Below, piece by piece: positions 25,937 to 38,808 of a stretch of DNA of 64,000 nt. This DNA comes from Zancudomyces culisetae HAW-14-8 (taxonomy: Eukaryota; Fungi; Kickxellomycota), in NCBI GenBank assembly GCA_052426225.1, contig JBNJNM010000011.1, positions 558,001 through 622,000 on the forward strand, written 5' to 3'. A model generated the notes under the pieces. It did no database searches, was not told the origin of the DNA, and saw only the letters and a program-made list of their open reading frames with translations. The translations under genes were made by a program, and so were the position numbers. The first letter of the stretch is position 1. Each line of letters begins with the position of its first letter.

Positions 25937-26989
25937 TTAAATAAGTGACACGCTTGTTCGCACAAGCCCCCCATAAAAGTTCCTGATGGGTTGTGGGGAA
26001 TGCTGCATTCGCCTATACGCCTCTCGAACGTGTTCCACCCGGAGCGGTGTCTTGGAAATATTTGGGCCTGAAAACAAAGACATCTTGGAAGCTGCTTCAA
26101 GGCTTGATTTTGAGGAAGCCTGACCATCAAAAATCGTGTTTCTTGCCTTTTTTTGACTCTCTTCGAGTTCCTTTTTTATCTTTAATGCGCTCTCAGTTAG
26201 TTTGCTGACCATTTCAAAAGTCAGAAAACCCAAGATATCTGTAATATCCACATTCGGCTTGATATCAACATATGCTTGCATATTCACCCATTCACGGAAG
26301 CGTTTCCCCTTTCGGTATGTGAAACTAGCCTGCCTGCATTCAGAATAATGAACATATTCGTCACGAGTCATTTTGCGCGTTACAACATCCGCAACCTTCA
26401 AACGCTTTATTGATTCACTCTTTGCGTACGAGTTTTGCTCCTCGAGGTCTTCGTCTAGATCAACATTTTCTGAAATAGTACTCATTAGCTCCCAAAACAA
26501 CCTAATCCTGGATCGTTTTTGCTTTTCGACTTTTTCGTCAACCTCTTCTTCCAAAATCTCCTCATTATTGTCATCCCTCTCCTTTAACTTTTTGCGTACA
26601 TCCTTCCAACTTAGATATTCGCTCAAACGGTTGACTTTTTGCTTGTCATGCCGAATTAGGAACATCAGATCTTCCGCAGCAATAGTTCTTGATCCCCTCT
26701 TTTGAGCTTGGGCTGATGCCATAATACATATTTCTATCACCTGCGAACGAACAATGTTTTCTATTATCATAGTCGTTTCAATCAATGGATCCTGTACTTC
26801 TCCAAACACAAACATCATTTGCTGGATTTCCGACAGATACTTGTACTCTCCCTATTGTTAGATTTCCAATTAATAAATAACTCACTGAAGTTACCCTCCC
26901 ACCCCACTCAACAGGAGAAAACCCTTTTAAAAGCCTGGTTATTGCGATTTATGTTAGTCAAAAATATTGTACTTTACCTTGTTAGCCAT
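25937..26989 (-). CDS. SPT3: SAGA complex subunit Spt3, 2 exons: 26989-26978 and 26851-25937
   Basis: A 12-nt first exon (MANK) spliced GT-AG to GEYKYLSEIQQMMFVFGE. Also EDLMFLIRHD, YLSWKDVRK, YSECRQASFTYRKGKRFREW and DILGFLTFEMV. Confidence 0.95.
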
Positions 26990-27517
26990 GATTTTCCGTT
27001 TAAAGTTTCAGAATTTTCGAATGTACCAAATAGATATACAAAAATAAGAGTTAATGATAAAAAAGTTGCACTTTCTGTCAATATTTTCCCCCAATTTATA
27101 GCACAACGAGAGTAAACAGATTGCTTTACGGGTTAATACGGCAGTTATATTTGGTATTGTAATATATTAATTTATTGTTATTAGGTCGGTATTTCTCACA
27201 GCTATAATTTTTATGGTTTGTGCCTACTATGGAGTTTATTTTCAAGCTCACCCACCACCAATGGCTATTATTTGGCGAATGATATTTTCGACAATTTGCT
27301 TTATCTTCATTCCTTCCTATTACAATTTTCGCTAAAAAAAAAATGCTAACAATTTACAGTTTCCACCAGAAATGATAGCTGTTATATTAGAAAAAAAAAT
27401 TTGAAAACAATATTTGATAATTAAAAAACTGTTTATAAAAGTTGTTTTTTTATCTCGTGGATTTTTAATATTATTTTCTATAAAAGATCAAACCAAAGCA
27501 GTAAAAAGAAGTAAAGT

Positions 27518-27766
27518 ATGGCATCAGGATACGGATTTAACGGACGAAATAGATGCTTCGATTTCTGGCAGGATTTCGAAAAGTGCTACATCTTGGCCCC
27601 AACTGATGACAAAAACAAATGTGTTGAGAAGCGAGACGATTACCTCGAATGCCTCCATCATTTCAAGGAAGTGAGTAGAGTAAGCGAAATTCAAAAGAGA
27701 GAAAAGCAGAACTACCAAAACGCAAAACTAGACGGCTCTTCGAAAAAATTCTTTGATTTGTCCTGA
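27518..27766 (+). CDS. NDUFS5: NADH:ubiquinone oxidoreductase 15-kDa accessory subunit (twin CX9C)
   Basis: MASGYG..GRNRCFDFWQDFEKC...KCVEKRDDYLECLHHFKE matches the fungal NDUFS5 pattern. Confidence 0.9.
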   Translation: MASGYGFNGRNRCFDFWQDFEKCYILAPTDDKNKCVEKRDDYLECLHHFKEVSRVSEIQKREKQNYQNAKLDGSSKKFFDLS

Positions 27767-29020
27767 TCTAAAAATGGATAAAGCGCACTTTACCTACCAA
27801 AGTACTAGGCGGTATTTTCTAGTCAAGATGAGTTTATTTATATTCATTAAACTTTTTGTTACTTTTGACAAGGTTTTGGTATACCCCGTTTCTAGCAGCT
27901 TTGTTTATTTTTGTTTGTTTTTTAACCCTATCTCACTGCATTTTGCCTAACATGAATTCCGATAATAGAATGTTGGAGGTTTGTGATTATTATTCCTGAA
28001 AAGTACAAAATACAGATAAAATAATGACTAGCTTTTCCTACCTTTTTAGTTGATAAGGTGTCGATATTAATGCTTTTTTTTTGCTACTTGCTGTTCAAAA
28101 AATAGATAGGGTATAACCAATTTCATATCAGCATGCTTATCCCTGTACCTCGTGCAAGCGTGAGCTGATTGATGAGGAGGTGGTGATATTTTTAATTTTA
28201 CACAGCGCAGACATAAAGAGGTTTAGTGGTAAACCTTACCAACATTATTGCAAAGGCTTTGTCTTTTTGTTGTCCTGCATTAGCTACCTGTGCCTAAATT
28301 ACGAGTTTTAACTTGGGTGGCTGAGAGAGGAGAGATGATGTTGTATTGTAACCATATTGCCTAGTTCGATGCTCATTAATTTAAACGCGGGCCAAAAGTA
28401 CATCAAAGCTTTTTATTTTTGGCAAACGGGGGGGGGTAAGAACCGATAAGACTGCCACAGCGAAATGAGTTTGCAATTTTAGGATTGGCGCTACGCTTAC
28501 TGTAAAAAAAGTACACCAAGTCGAACTAAGGTGCTGCGAATTTTAAGTCAAAATTTGGCGATTGGGTTTTATGTTTTGGGCATCCTAGGCGGATTTCAAA
28601 ATGCAATACAATTTGCAACACACTAGAAAACAGCGAACCAAATGAAGGTAGATTTTGAATAGGTGGAGCAATTTGGTGTGGTTAATTTGAAATTTACCAT
28701 AAATTTTCATTGTTCAGTGAGAAAACAAAACTTGAAAATTGTCTGGATATTCAAAATTAGTGTTTTTTTTTCTTTTTTCGTAGCCCAAATATTCTAGGAC
28801 ACTTTGTTGAGCTTGGTCTTACATTTTTGCAAAAATAATACCCTCCTCCAAAAGCAACCCAGTGCAAAATAAAAGAACCAGCATTGGATTTCCAAGATAA
28901 ACATTCTTTAGGCTCATCACGCTAATCCAAAGACAAATAATAAACGATTGAGCAAATAGAGGAGCAGAACAAAAAGATTAAAGCAGGATAATAGGACACT
29001 TGTACGGCGAAAGCACAAAG

Positions 29021-31741
29021 ATGAACTTTTTATCAAGACAATACAATGCACTGGTTGGCGAAGCGCAAAGTCAACAACAGACGCCCAGGGATACGATCCA
29101 GCGATTGGCAAATAGAATCGACACATCTACCTTGCCACAAGATAGGAAGGCAGCAGTGCTAGGGCTTAAGGGCTTGTCTAAAGAGTATAAGGAAATTGTA
29201 GGAGAAGAGGCTCTTGACAATCTGCTGCTTACTCTAAGTGACGATATTGAGGATTCCAGCATGGTAAAAGTGGTGTTGGAAACGCTGAATAATTTGTGTG
29301 AGTCAAGTTCAAAGGATCAACCAAACGAAATTGCAGCTATACACGCGCGAAGAATCATAGAAAGTGAAAATCATATTGGAGTGCTTCTCGAATTAGTAGG
29401 AAATTCAGACTTTTATGTCAGGTATAATGCGTTACAACAGCTAGAAATATTGCTCGTGCACGGTGGAGAGCTTTTACTTTCCAAAATATTGGTATCGCCT
29501 ACAGGGGTAGGAAGACTCGTTGATTTGTTGTCTGACTCAAGAGAAATAGTAAGAAACGAAGGAATCCAATTACTCATATCAATGACCCAGAAAAACTCCG
29601 AGATTCAAAAAATAGTGGCATTCGAAAATGCGTTTGATAAAATATTCGCAATTATCCAGGAGGAAGGTGGAGTCGGGGGAAATATTATTATTCAAGACTG
29701 TCTTCAGCTATTGCATAATCTTCTGGGCTACAACGTATCAAATCAAAACTTTTTCAGAGAAACATCGTGTATTCAGAAGCTTACGCCGCTACTACAATAT
29801 GATCCAGGTGAAAAGGAGTTGGCGGGTTATGTAGAAGAGGAAAGCACTTGGAAAGACCAAGAAATAAGGAATATGATAACGATTTTGGATATAGTTAGAA
29901 TGCTGGTGAGACCAGGGAATATCAATACAGAAAACAACCAGAAAGTCATGCAACAATGTGGAGTGATTTCGCCGCTCCTACAACACGCACTTTCAGTTGA
30001 AGTTCCTAATGCCATTAGGGCACAGGCGCTGTGCACTGTCGGAGATATTATTCGTGGGAACAGTGACAATCAGCAACTGTTTCAAAGAATACTAATTACC
30101 GGAACAGCGGACGATGATGAGGACGGAGGTGTGGAAAACACCAAAATGGTTCCCGAGCCAGCAGTCTTGGTGATAGCCAGAATAGCAGTAGGTACATGTC
30201 CACACGAAGTTTCAGCAGATACATATGACATAGTGCGTGCTTCAGCAAACTACTTGGTGAGATCGTATCTGGAAGACAACTTTGATGCCAAGTTGGCGAT
30301 TGCAGCAACGTTTAACCCGCCGCCTCAGAGCGAAGATGGGAGCCAGGAAAGCCATCAGTCAATAGGTAGTTTGTTGGTTTCAGTAATGACAATGCCACTG
30401 ACAACTGACCGACAAGAGGTAATGCGCGTTTGGCATGCTGCGAACTTATTTTCGCTGCTTTTGCACAACAACGACGTTATAAAGCAACTTGCACTGAAGG
30501 TAGTGGTTACTGGTGATGACCAAAACTCAGTAATATCGCTTCTGCAGGCATTGGCTAATCAGGCCACTTTTTTCTCCCAGCACCGCGGCCGGGATTCCAA
30601 GACTACCATTTCACCAGAGTCGGTGCTCTTGGTGGCGCTTCTTTCTGCTTTGAGTGTTTGGATGTACAACAGCCCACCAAGCGTTTCCCAGTTTTTACAA
30701 AGTAAATCCAACTGTTTGTTCATAGTTGAACTTATTTCCTCCCAACCATCAGCTGCAAACAACGAGAACAGCCATATATTTGTGGAGCGTGGTATAGGCT
30801 GCTTTTTGTTGGGGCTTTTATACGAGCTGAACGGAAATGATGGATCTATTTCTTCTGAGGAGCTGCATCTTCTTTTCCACAAACGGATTGGTATTGATCA
30901 GATGCTCTTTTGTCTTTCCAAACTCAACGACTCGCATGAGCTACACTCTGCCTCCTCAATGTTTAATCCAGTTGTCGCCATGGATATAGGTATCCATATT
31001 GATTCCTGTTTTGCAGACATATTTCGCTCCCACTATGGCTATCTACGTACTGTACTGAAACAGAAACCCAATGCCCTTGATTTGCAAAAGAGTATGGCAA
31101 GGCAGCTACATGTACCAGGAAATACTGCCTCTTTAGTCCCTTCTAGAGGCCCTTCTCCCGCTATGGATTCCACCATATCTCCCGAACATTTTTCCAATTC
31201 TGTCCCTAAATCCGACTATGACAAGCTTATGGCTGACTTGGAATCCACCAAATCTCAACTGAATGATGCTTTATCTCAACTTAAACAACAGAAAGAACAA
31301 CAACAACAACAGCCTTCGCCTGTTTCCCTTCGGGATACTGATCCGGCTGCTGATAAGATCCTGACCACTAAATTGGATTCTGCAAATAACTCTATCTTGG
31401 AACTTCAATCCACTATTGCATCCAATAATGCGCTCATTAAAGAGTTAAATATCGAAATCACCCAGCTAAAATCCGACAACTCTGAAATGTCCTCCAAGAT
31501 CTCCACATTGACCGCCGACCTGAACCTTTTATCGGTAAAGAAAGAAGAACCTGCTGCAGATTCTGAAACCACAATCGACCGCATTAATGAGCTAGAAAAG
31601 GAACAGGAAGATTTGTTGGTATTACTTGCCGATCAAGACGCCACATTAAAACTTTATAGGTCCAAGCTAAGGTCCTACGGTGAAGATATTCCTCCTTCCG
31701 ACAATGATGACGATGACGATGACTTTGACGATGAGGAATAA
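29021..31741 (+). CDS. USO1: Uso1/p115 ER-Golgi vesicle tethering factor
   Basis: The ATG at 29021 is preferred over the track's TTG start. Head motifs DRKAAV, DFYVR, REIVRNE, IQKIVAFENAF, EEGG..GNIIIQDCL, NVSNQNFFRE. Coiled coil, EQEDLLVLL and an acidic C-terminal tail. Confidence 0.95.
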   Translation: MNFLSRQYNALVGEAQSQQQTPRDTIQRLANRIDTSTLPQDRKAAVLGLKGLSKEYKEIVGEEALDNLLLTLSDDIEDSSMVKVVLETLNNLCESSSKDQPNEIAAIHARRIIESENHIGVLLELVGNSDFYVRYNALQQLEILLVHGGELLLSKILVSPTGVGRLVDLLSDSREIVRNEGIQLLISMTQKNSEIQKIVAFENAFDKIFAIIQEEGGVGGNIIIQDCLQLLHNLLGYNVSNQNFFRETSCIQKLTPLLQYDPGEKELAGYVEEESTWKDQEIRNMITILDIVRMLVRPGNINTENNQKVMQQCGVISPLLQHALSVEVPNAIRAQALCTVGDIIRGNSDNQQLFQRILITGTADDDEDGGVENTKMVPEPAVLVIARIAVGTCPHEVSADTYDIVRASANYLVRSYLEDNFDAKLAIAATFNPPPQSEDGSQESHQSIGSLLVSVMTMPLTTDRQEVMRVWHAANLFSLLLHNNDVIKQLALKVVVTGDDQNSVISLLQALANQATFFSQHRGRDSKTTISPESVLLVALLSALSVWMYNSPPSVSQFLQSKSNCLFIVELISSQPSAANNENSHIFVERGIGCFLLGLLYELNGNDGSISSEELHLLFHKRIGIDQMLFCLSKLNDSHELHSASSMFNPVVAMDIGIHIDSCFADIFRSHYGYLRTVLKQKPNALDLQKSMARQLHVPGNTASLVPSRGPSPAMDSTISPEHFSNSVPKSDYDKLMADLESTKSQLNDALSQLKQQKEQQQQQPSPVSLRDTDPAADKILTTKLDSANNSILELQSTIASNNALIKELNIEITQLKSDNSEMSSKISTLTADLNLLSVKKEEPAADSETTIDRINELEKEQEDLLVLLADQDATLKLYRSKLRSYGEDIPPSDNDDDDDDFDDEE

Positions 31742-32606
31742 TTTCTTGCTTTTTTTTTTGCTCTTGAAATTTCGCCACTATAGTCACAGCTCAGTGTTTT
31801 CAGCTAAACAGACTTTGTTGACTTTTTTTTTGGATGGAATTTTTTGGTTATTCCATATATTATATATACTATCCTCATTATCCCCCCTGCACATTTGTCA
31901 GTATTAGCTTCTCATATCTGTTTCATTTCTACATAAACATCATTTTTTTAACTATTTGGAATTTATCCCCATTTCAAACCCAGCCTTTAAACATCCCTTA
32001 TGTAAGAGTAGGGGATAGGTATTTGACGAATACAAATTGCCATGCGTTTTTTTTAACGCCTTTTTCAGCCTAATTTTCCTGGTTCCAGGGTTTAATTGGA
32101 TTTAGCAATATCACTGTTTTAAGAGAGTTAATAATCGTTGGTAAAGAGCCAAATTCAAAGTCGGCCATTAATTAATTTAATTTAATTTGTGCACCCTTGA
32201 AAAGGCACGCCTATTTAAAAGATTGTGATAATACGCAAGCATGACTCCAGTTATACTCTGGTTCGCCTAGTTAACTATATTTTCACCCACTACCATTCTA
32301 TCCACTAGCCGAATCCACAAGTGCTATAAGAGCTAAGGTATAAGAGAAAGAAAATAGTTACATAACGGTTTCCAGTCTTGGTGGTTTTTATGGGTACGTC
32401 CCACATCGTTTTAGAAAGCTTTTTTTTTTAAAAAAAAAATTGTTGCTTAGTTAGTAGGGATAGATTCAAAGTTCGAGTATAAATTAAATTTCGATGAACT
32501 ATGAAATCTCAATCCGAATCAACACTACAATAAGGCTGCATATAAAACAAAAAGCAAACAATAAAAGATATAGAATAACCAACGATATAATATTTGCGGT
32601 TGGAGA

Positions 32607-34931
32607 ATGGACTGTGTTACGGGGTTTATAATAACATCGGTTGGGTATGTTTTGATTGGGCTTGGCCAAGCTATCAGCCAACTTTCGGCGCGTCCAGAGA
32701 ATTATTTTGAAAAAGATGGCCATCACAACAAAAAATCTGATTACAAATTGTCCAGTCAAGCTATAAGCATAAAACAGCCCGGTATCGATGGTTTTAACAG
32801 ATTCTCGGACCACAGGGCTGAGGAGTATCAATTTGGTACTAGCAACATGCCAACGGATGACCTACAGAAAAGAACATCCTGGAATAAGTATCCGAACAAT
32901 TTCGACGAACACTCTGGAATAACCTTGCACAACAACTACCCACAGGTTTATACATCTGAGGAAAGTCAAATTGCCGGGAAAAACGAAAAAAGCTACAATA
33001 GCTACAGTGGACACACCACTAACTCTACCAGTAGTCATTTTTTTTCTCTAAACACCCATAGCTTGCCAGAAAAGCTACATTTTTTGAGTAAACGAGGCTT
33101 TGACGAAAGTCTAATCCAGCTAAGGCTTGGTTGGAAGAGCTATCTAGGAACAGTAATAAGTTTGGTGGGTGAACTTTTGGCCATTTCGATTGGGCTATTC
33201 TATTTCCCCATTGCGATTATTGTTCCGTTAAGTATTATTTCCATTATTTCTTTGTACATTTTCTACAACCTCATGAATCCCAACACTCGGACGCCAGTTA
33301 AAAGCTATGTTTATTCTTCAAGGTTGTATCAACGGTTAAATCACTACCTTGTGCGCGAACAACACGGATTAATCCAAACATTTAGAAATAGGACCATCGA
33401 TTCGGAGTAAGTTTAGATCTCTTTTATATGAAAAGTATTCTTTTTATTTTTTATTTTTACTTCATCAAGTGGGGGGGGGTAGCTATGTTACTTGACCATA
33501 ACGGTCATTTTTCATATACGACAGAGTATTGCTCGTGAAAGTGAGAGTATCTGTGTGATGTAAGCTCTTCACACCTCAACATTATCCTTACTAACTTCAC
33601 ATCCTGATATTAGATATAATAAAGTCAGTAAGAACGATCAACGAGTTATTTCTTCCTTGTTTCAGTCTATAATATACGCTCTTCTCGGTTCAATATTGGT
33701 ATATATTGCATTTTACGACTTCAGAGCGCTAGATGAGGCCCAGATATTTTACCAAAACTTGGGGACCAGCAGCACTGCTCTTGTTTTTATACCTACGACC
33801 ATGTATCTTTTATCATTAATTCTTATAGTTTTTGCTGCTCGCAACTTTGATCTTGGTATTTTCGGGACCTCGACTAAAAGTACGCCACTTATTCATGTAT
33901 TTTTCTGACTCTATCAATCGCTTAAATTTCAAGTAAGGGTAACATTATATATATTGACTATTAATGTAGAAAGGGATTTGTTTATCAATGGATCAAGTGT
34001 TCGAGAGAAGCATCGCACAAAGAACTTCAAGATAACTCAAGCGATAAAACAAAAGTTGTTCAATGTAGCTGCGTTTCCCCAGAGTCAAAGATCACCTTTA
34101 TTGTTTAAGAGCGATATCCGCTCGTTTGTAATATACTCACTAGCAGCATCACTGATCGGAGGATCCAGTTACATACTTTCGAAAATCATGTCGACATATT
34201 TTCTTGTTTCCTCTTCCAATTTTGCAGGAATAAAGCGCGATAGCAATGGCATGCCTCCAGTGGGTGATACATTAGGTGGTTCAACAGTTGCTCAAGCCTC
34301 AAGTAACCAGCAACTAACTCATCCCTTCAGCTTTCTTTTGATTTCCCTAATGTCTTCGAGGGATTTTCATGGTTCGGGCGTAAATATCCCTGGTACCATC
34401 TCAACGGCTCAGCTAGAATCCTTGCATCTACATTCCAACACATACCACAGCCATTATGCTTGTCAGACTTTTGTTTTTGCTCTTGTGGTCTTAAACGCTG
34501 TTGGTATTGAATATTGTAAAAAAAAGGCGATGCTTTCTTTGTTTCGGTATTATCAAGGCAATTCATCAGCACTAGGAAAGATTAATGGCACAAATACTAA
34601 TTCTGGTTTTGGTTTGGACCACGAAAAGCTAAGGAATTTTATGCTTTATTCGATCATTACCTTTTTATCATTTGTGTACTTTTTCACTGTTCCTTTGGTC
34701 ATTATCATTGACTGTGCTATTTTCAATCAGTTTGGAAGCAGCCAGTTCACCCGATCCGAGTTTTCATCATCATCCCTGTTCTCCATCTTTCCTATCAGAA
34801 ACTCGCATCTTTTTTCTGCTCTTTTCGTCATAATGTCATGCTCTTCATTTAGTTTTATGATAAGAAGCTTGTCTCAGATCATGAAACTGGCAAACGTTGA
34901 AAATAGCGATAATTCTAGTAAATTAGATTGA
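32607..34931 (+). CDS. Divergent NIPA/DUF803-like (DMT superfamily) membrane protein, multi-exon
   Basis: Three track ORFs can be joined by GT-AG introns (donor about 33407, acceptor about 33614; donor about 33856, acceptor about 33969). LGTVISLVGE...FPIAIIVPL and AASLIGGSSYILSK resemble NIPA Mg2+ transporter TM motifs. Exon structure is partly uncertain. Confidence 0.55.
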
Positions 34932-35909
34932 TTTTTTTTTGTGTATATAATACAGTTAAAAGTATATCTTTACACTTGTATGTAGCCACTAGTCGAAGTA
35001 TAAAACTAACAACAACAACAGCAATGACGACTCCGCTACAAAAAAAGAGGCCAGGTTTGAATACCTTGAGCATTGAGATAACTCATTTTCCGTATCTATA
35101 CGCACAACTGATACTCTAATTATAGAGACATTGCTCTTTCCTTTTTCTTCACCTAAAAACATTAGTATGGTGTCTAAACCATCATTTTTTTTGAAAGGTT
35201 GGCTGTTTCAAAAAAGTCGAAATGCTGTTAATACTGTGGCTTGAGTGTGGTGTATTACATCAATCGTGCTTTCTTTATCTCGTAATCGGAATTATTTACC
35301 TAGTCTTAATTTTGGATATTATATTTTGTGCATTTGACACAAGCTGCCTAAATCCAATGTTGATTGGGTAGGGTAGGGGTAAAGGTAATGAATGGTATGA
35401 GTAAAATTCACAGAATATTTTGTGAATTGATACTACTCTTGATTGCTTGTCTTTAACTAGTGTACATCATCACTTCCCCGCTAAAGACCAGATTTGGTAT
35501 AGCATTTCTGACTGTGCTTCTAAATAAGATACACTCCAACATTGAAGTAAAGCGACATTGAAAGCTGATATTTAGAGAATTTACATCACATGTCTAGGTT
35601 GAATAGTGCGACTCTCGCTTTTAACACAGATGCAATCTCTATCCATGAACTCGATTCAATTTTTTCAATCAAGTTATAAACAGTGCTTTTTAATACTTTA
35701 GGATATGATAGCCCTTTAAACTCTTGTAATCTGAAACATCTAGACTAGTATATAAACCTGACCACATCGAAGATTTTGTTTTACTTTGTTTCCAGATACA
35801 AGCTTCTATTCCGTTTCTCTTATATTTTTGAATTTTCAACATAAGCTTTGCGACATTCAAGCGACGTTAAATCGCTATCAAAACCCAGACATACAAATAC
35901 GCTGAAACT

Positions 35910-38288
35910 ATGCTGCGATATAAAATTATTCTTTTAAGTCTTTACACCGCGTTTGCAGTTGAAACAACCATTTCAAGTACGCAAACCACTCCGATAACGG
36001 CTTCGCAAGTCACTACCGAAGCTGGTGACAACTTGAATTTCTTTTCTCAGAGAAAATTGCAACTAATTCTAGAAGATGGTAGCGATATTGGCTTTTATTT
36101 GAGAATAAATGGAAATAAAACAAAACTTGTTAACAGGATTGCTAAGAAGGTCAGCTACAATAATTACAATAAAAAGGTTCACCATTTCTACCAAAAGGAT
36201 AGTGATGATGGTAACATTGGCAGCAGCATCACTGAACCAACAGGCAATTTAAAGAAATTGGAAATGGACGAGAGTATGCCGGTGTATTTTAGTTCTGAAA
36301 GGCAGCTCGATGGGTTTGTATCTGTGAGAACAAAAACCATTACTATCACACAAATTGACGAATCTATACACCCCAACACAGAGAAAATAGAAGCACAGCC
36401 ATCAGAAACTTTCACTAGTGATACTATCCCACAACAAACTATGGAAAATATAAGTTCAAAAGCAAGCTCAGTCTCGTCTATACATAAAACTGACTACACT
36501 GGAACCGATCAAAAGGCATCGCAAAACCAGTCAGAGTATGAAATGACAACTACACATACATTACAAACAACCAGTTATTCAGAAACTACGGATATATCTA
36601 GTATAACCTATAATACATACACAGGTTCATATGTTGTGGACAACGCCCCTAGCAATGTTGAGGTCGATCATGAGAAATATTCTAATGGAAAAACTGTCAA
36701 TAACAATCAGAACAATATCAGCGGAGATGCGGAAATCAACAATGTTATTCAAGTCACAGAGCTGGATCATTCTGAAACGCAACCAGGTACCAAGACCAAA
36801 ACAAAGCTAGAAAACGAAACACAAACACAAACAGAAATGAATTTAAATTTAGATTCAGAATCAGGAACTCCAAAATACACCACTGTGTACACTCAGACTG
36901 GTATTAACCAGATACACCCTTTTCACACCGACCAGCAAACTGAAGGAAAGCCTCAGACTTACATCAGTTTGGTTTTATCCAACGAACAACTTGAGCAACT
37001 AAAAAATAATAACCCCGTTGTAATTCGCGTCGTAGCCTATGGTATACCTACACAATCAAACAGATACATCTATGATGATACATACATAGCCAATAGTAGT
37101 ATCGACTCAAAAGATAATTTTTACGAAGCTTTATCCACTGAAGCACCACTAAATAAGCGCCAGTACTATGACCATAATGAAGAGCAAAACCACATTCCTG
37201 CCTACAAAACAGAGTATCTTCCCGAAGACCCTAACCAAGATGGGTTGATATATTTTGAAAACAACGAGAAATCGCTAAGTAGAGACGATACAAACAACGA
37301 TAGAAATGGGTTTTACATTCTAGAAACCAATAAAACAGCTATTGGGTATAGTGAAAGCCTTAATAGAAATAGAATGGAATATAACGAGAGCAACAAAAAG
37401 ATAATTAGCGCTGTAATGAAATACAAGCAAAAGTATACTGGCTTGGCATCGGTAACTAATAGAAACAGATATAGCGAGCACGTCAATCGACCAAACATGT
37501 TTAGCTACAGCAACTATCATAACAAAAATTATCACAACAACAATTATGGTATGGGCACAATCGGAAGAAATCGTGAGATACAGTACTTCACAAGAAACGT
37601 CCCTACAAAGACCTTTATGAATTACTATTCAGCGTCAAAGCCACATTTCTCACTGGTCACACCCACTCCTACAGAGAGATCAGAAGATGGATACGACTTC
37701 CAAGATTACCAAAGCACATATGCCACAAAAGATGATAGGAGCTACTACCCCACAGATGCATTTATGTGGCACCCCCAGTATTTATCGTCTGATACCTCTT
37801 CATCAAGTAGTGCAGAAATAAAATATGGCAACTATTACCATTTATATACTCGCATCACAGCAGAAAAGCAGTTGTACGTGTCACCTTTAAATAAACCAAT
37901 TAATAGTGAGGAGAACTTGAAAAAGGGGGAAGAAGATGAAGATGAAGAAGAGGAGAACGCTGCTATTAATAATGATCTCGACGTTTCAAACGCAACTCTC
38001 AACATTTCAAATGCGTATATGCACAACAATTCTAGGACCAACAATAATACAAACATGTATTATAATTATTACATGGTCAATGGAAACAACTTTACTAACG
38101 TGGAGACAGGAACAGAGAATGACAATAACTATGGTTATGACCACACCCGAGAAGATATTGCAAACCGTGGTGAGGGCTCCAATTCAACAGCCAAAGCAGA
38201 ACCAGTAAATGCGGAATATTATAATGTTAACAAAAAAACACTTTTTGAAAAGCTGAGCAAACTACTTGCGTTGATGTTTGATAACTAG
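35910..38288 (+). CDS. Hypothetical secreted T/S/N/Y-rich low-complexity protein
   Basis: Intronless 792-aa ORF with an N-terminal signal peptide (MLRYKIILLSLYTAFA). No domain I recognise. Confidence 0.8.
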   Translation: MLRYKIILLSLYTAFAVETTISSTQTTPITASQVTTEAGDNLNFFSQRKLQLILEDGSDIGFYLRINGNKTKLVNRIAKKVSYNNYNKKVHHFYQKDSDDGNIGSSITEPTGNLKKLEMDESMPVYFSSERQLDGFVSVRTKTITITQIDESIHPNTEKIEAQPSETFTSDTIPQQTMENISSKASSVSSIHKTDYTGTDQKASQNQSEYEMTTTHTLQTTSYSETTDISSITYNTYTGSYVVDNAPSNVEVDHEKYSNGKTVNNNQNNISGDAEINNVIQVTELDHSETQPGTKTKTKLENETQTQTEMNLNLDSESGTPKYTTVYTQTGINQIHPFHTDQQTEGKPQTYISLVLSNEQLEQLKNNNPVVIRVVAYGIPTQSNRYIYDDTYIANSSIDSKDNFYEALSTEAPLNKRQYYDHNEEQNHIPAYKTEYLPEDPNQDGLIYFENNEKSLSRDDTNNDRNGFYILETNKTAIGYSESLNRNRMEYNESNKKIISAVMKYKQKYTGLASVTNRNRYSEHVNRPNMFSYSNYHNKNYHNNNYGMGTIGRNREIQYFTRNVPTKTFMNYYSASKPHFSLVTPTPTERSEDGYDFQDYQSTYATKDDRSYYPTDAFMWHPQYLSSDTSSSSSAEIKYGNYYHLYTRITAEKQLYVSPLNKPINSEENLKKGEEDEDEEEENAAINNDLDVSNATLNISNAYMHNNSRTNNNTNMYYNYYMVNGNNFTNVETGTENDNNYGYDHTREDIANRGEGSNSTAKAEPVNAEYYNVNKKTLFEKLSKLLALMFDN

Positions 38289-38808
38289 CTTTTATGCAAC
38301 TTTCTTTACTAGCTATTCTTTATTCTTTATTCTTCATACTTCATACTGACGTTTTATGATTTTGTGATTTTGTGACTTTTGGCCTTATGGGTTGATGACA
38401 ATATATAAAAATAAATATCCCAAAACACCACTGTACTCCCTTTTTTATGGGAGAAAAAAAGTAAAAGCAAAAGACAGTCAAAAAGTGGACAGTATGTAAG
38501 AGAAAGTAAGTAAAGATAGGTTAGTGCAAGGCACTTACATGCTTTATATACAGAATGTGAGGCTTTTGTTTGTCTAGAACAGCAAGTTTTTGCTCTTCTT
38601 TTTTTCTTGGGCTCCTGTTTAAAGCTATACGAATAGCTAATTGTGACATACAGATGCGTACACAACCAGTAGGTGATGCAGTTTTTATTTCATTGTCGCT
38701 AACAATGGCTGTTGAGAAAATCTGATGTTGAGATGACCCAGCTTGATGTTGCTGGGAAACTAAATCATTTAAAAACCTGAACACGATGTTAAGCTCCAAA
38801 ATAAAAAG

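Noticed and set aside
28140-28190. AGCGTGA and TGATGA resembling U3 snoRNA boxes B and C
   Set aside because: Spacing is too short, there is no box A/A' upstream, and no terminal box D stem was found.
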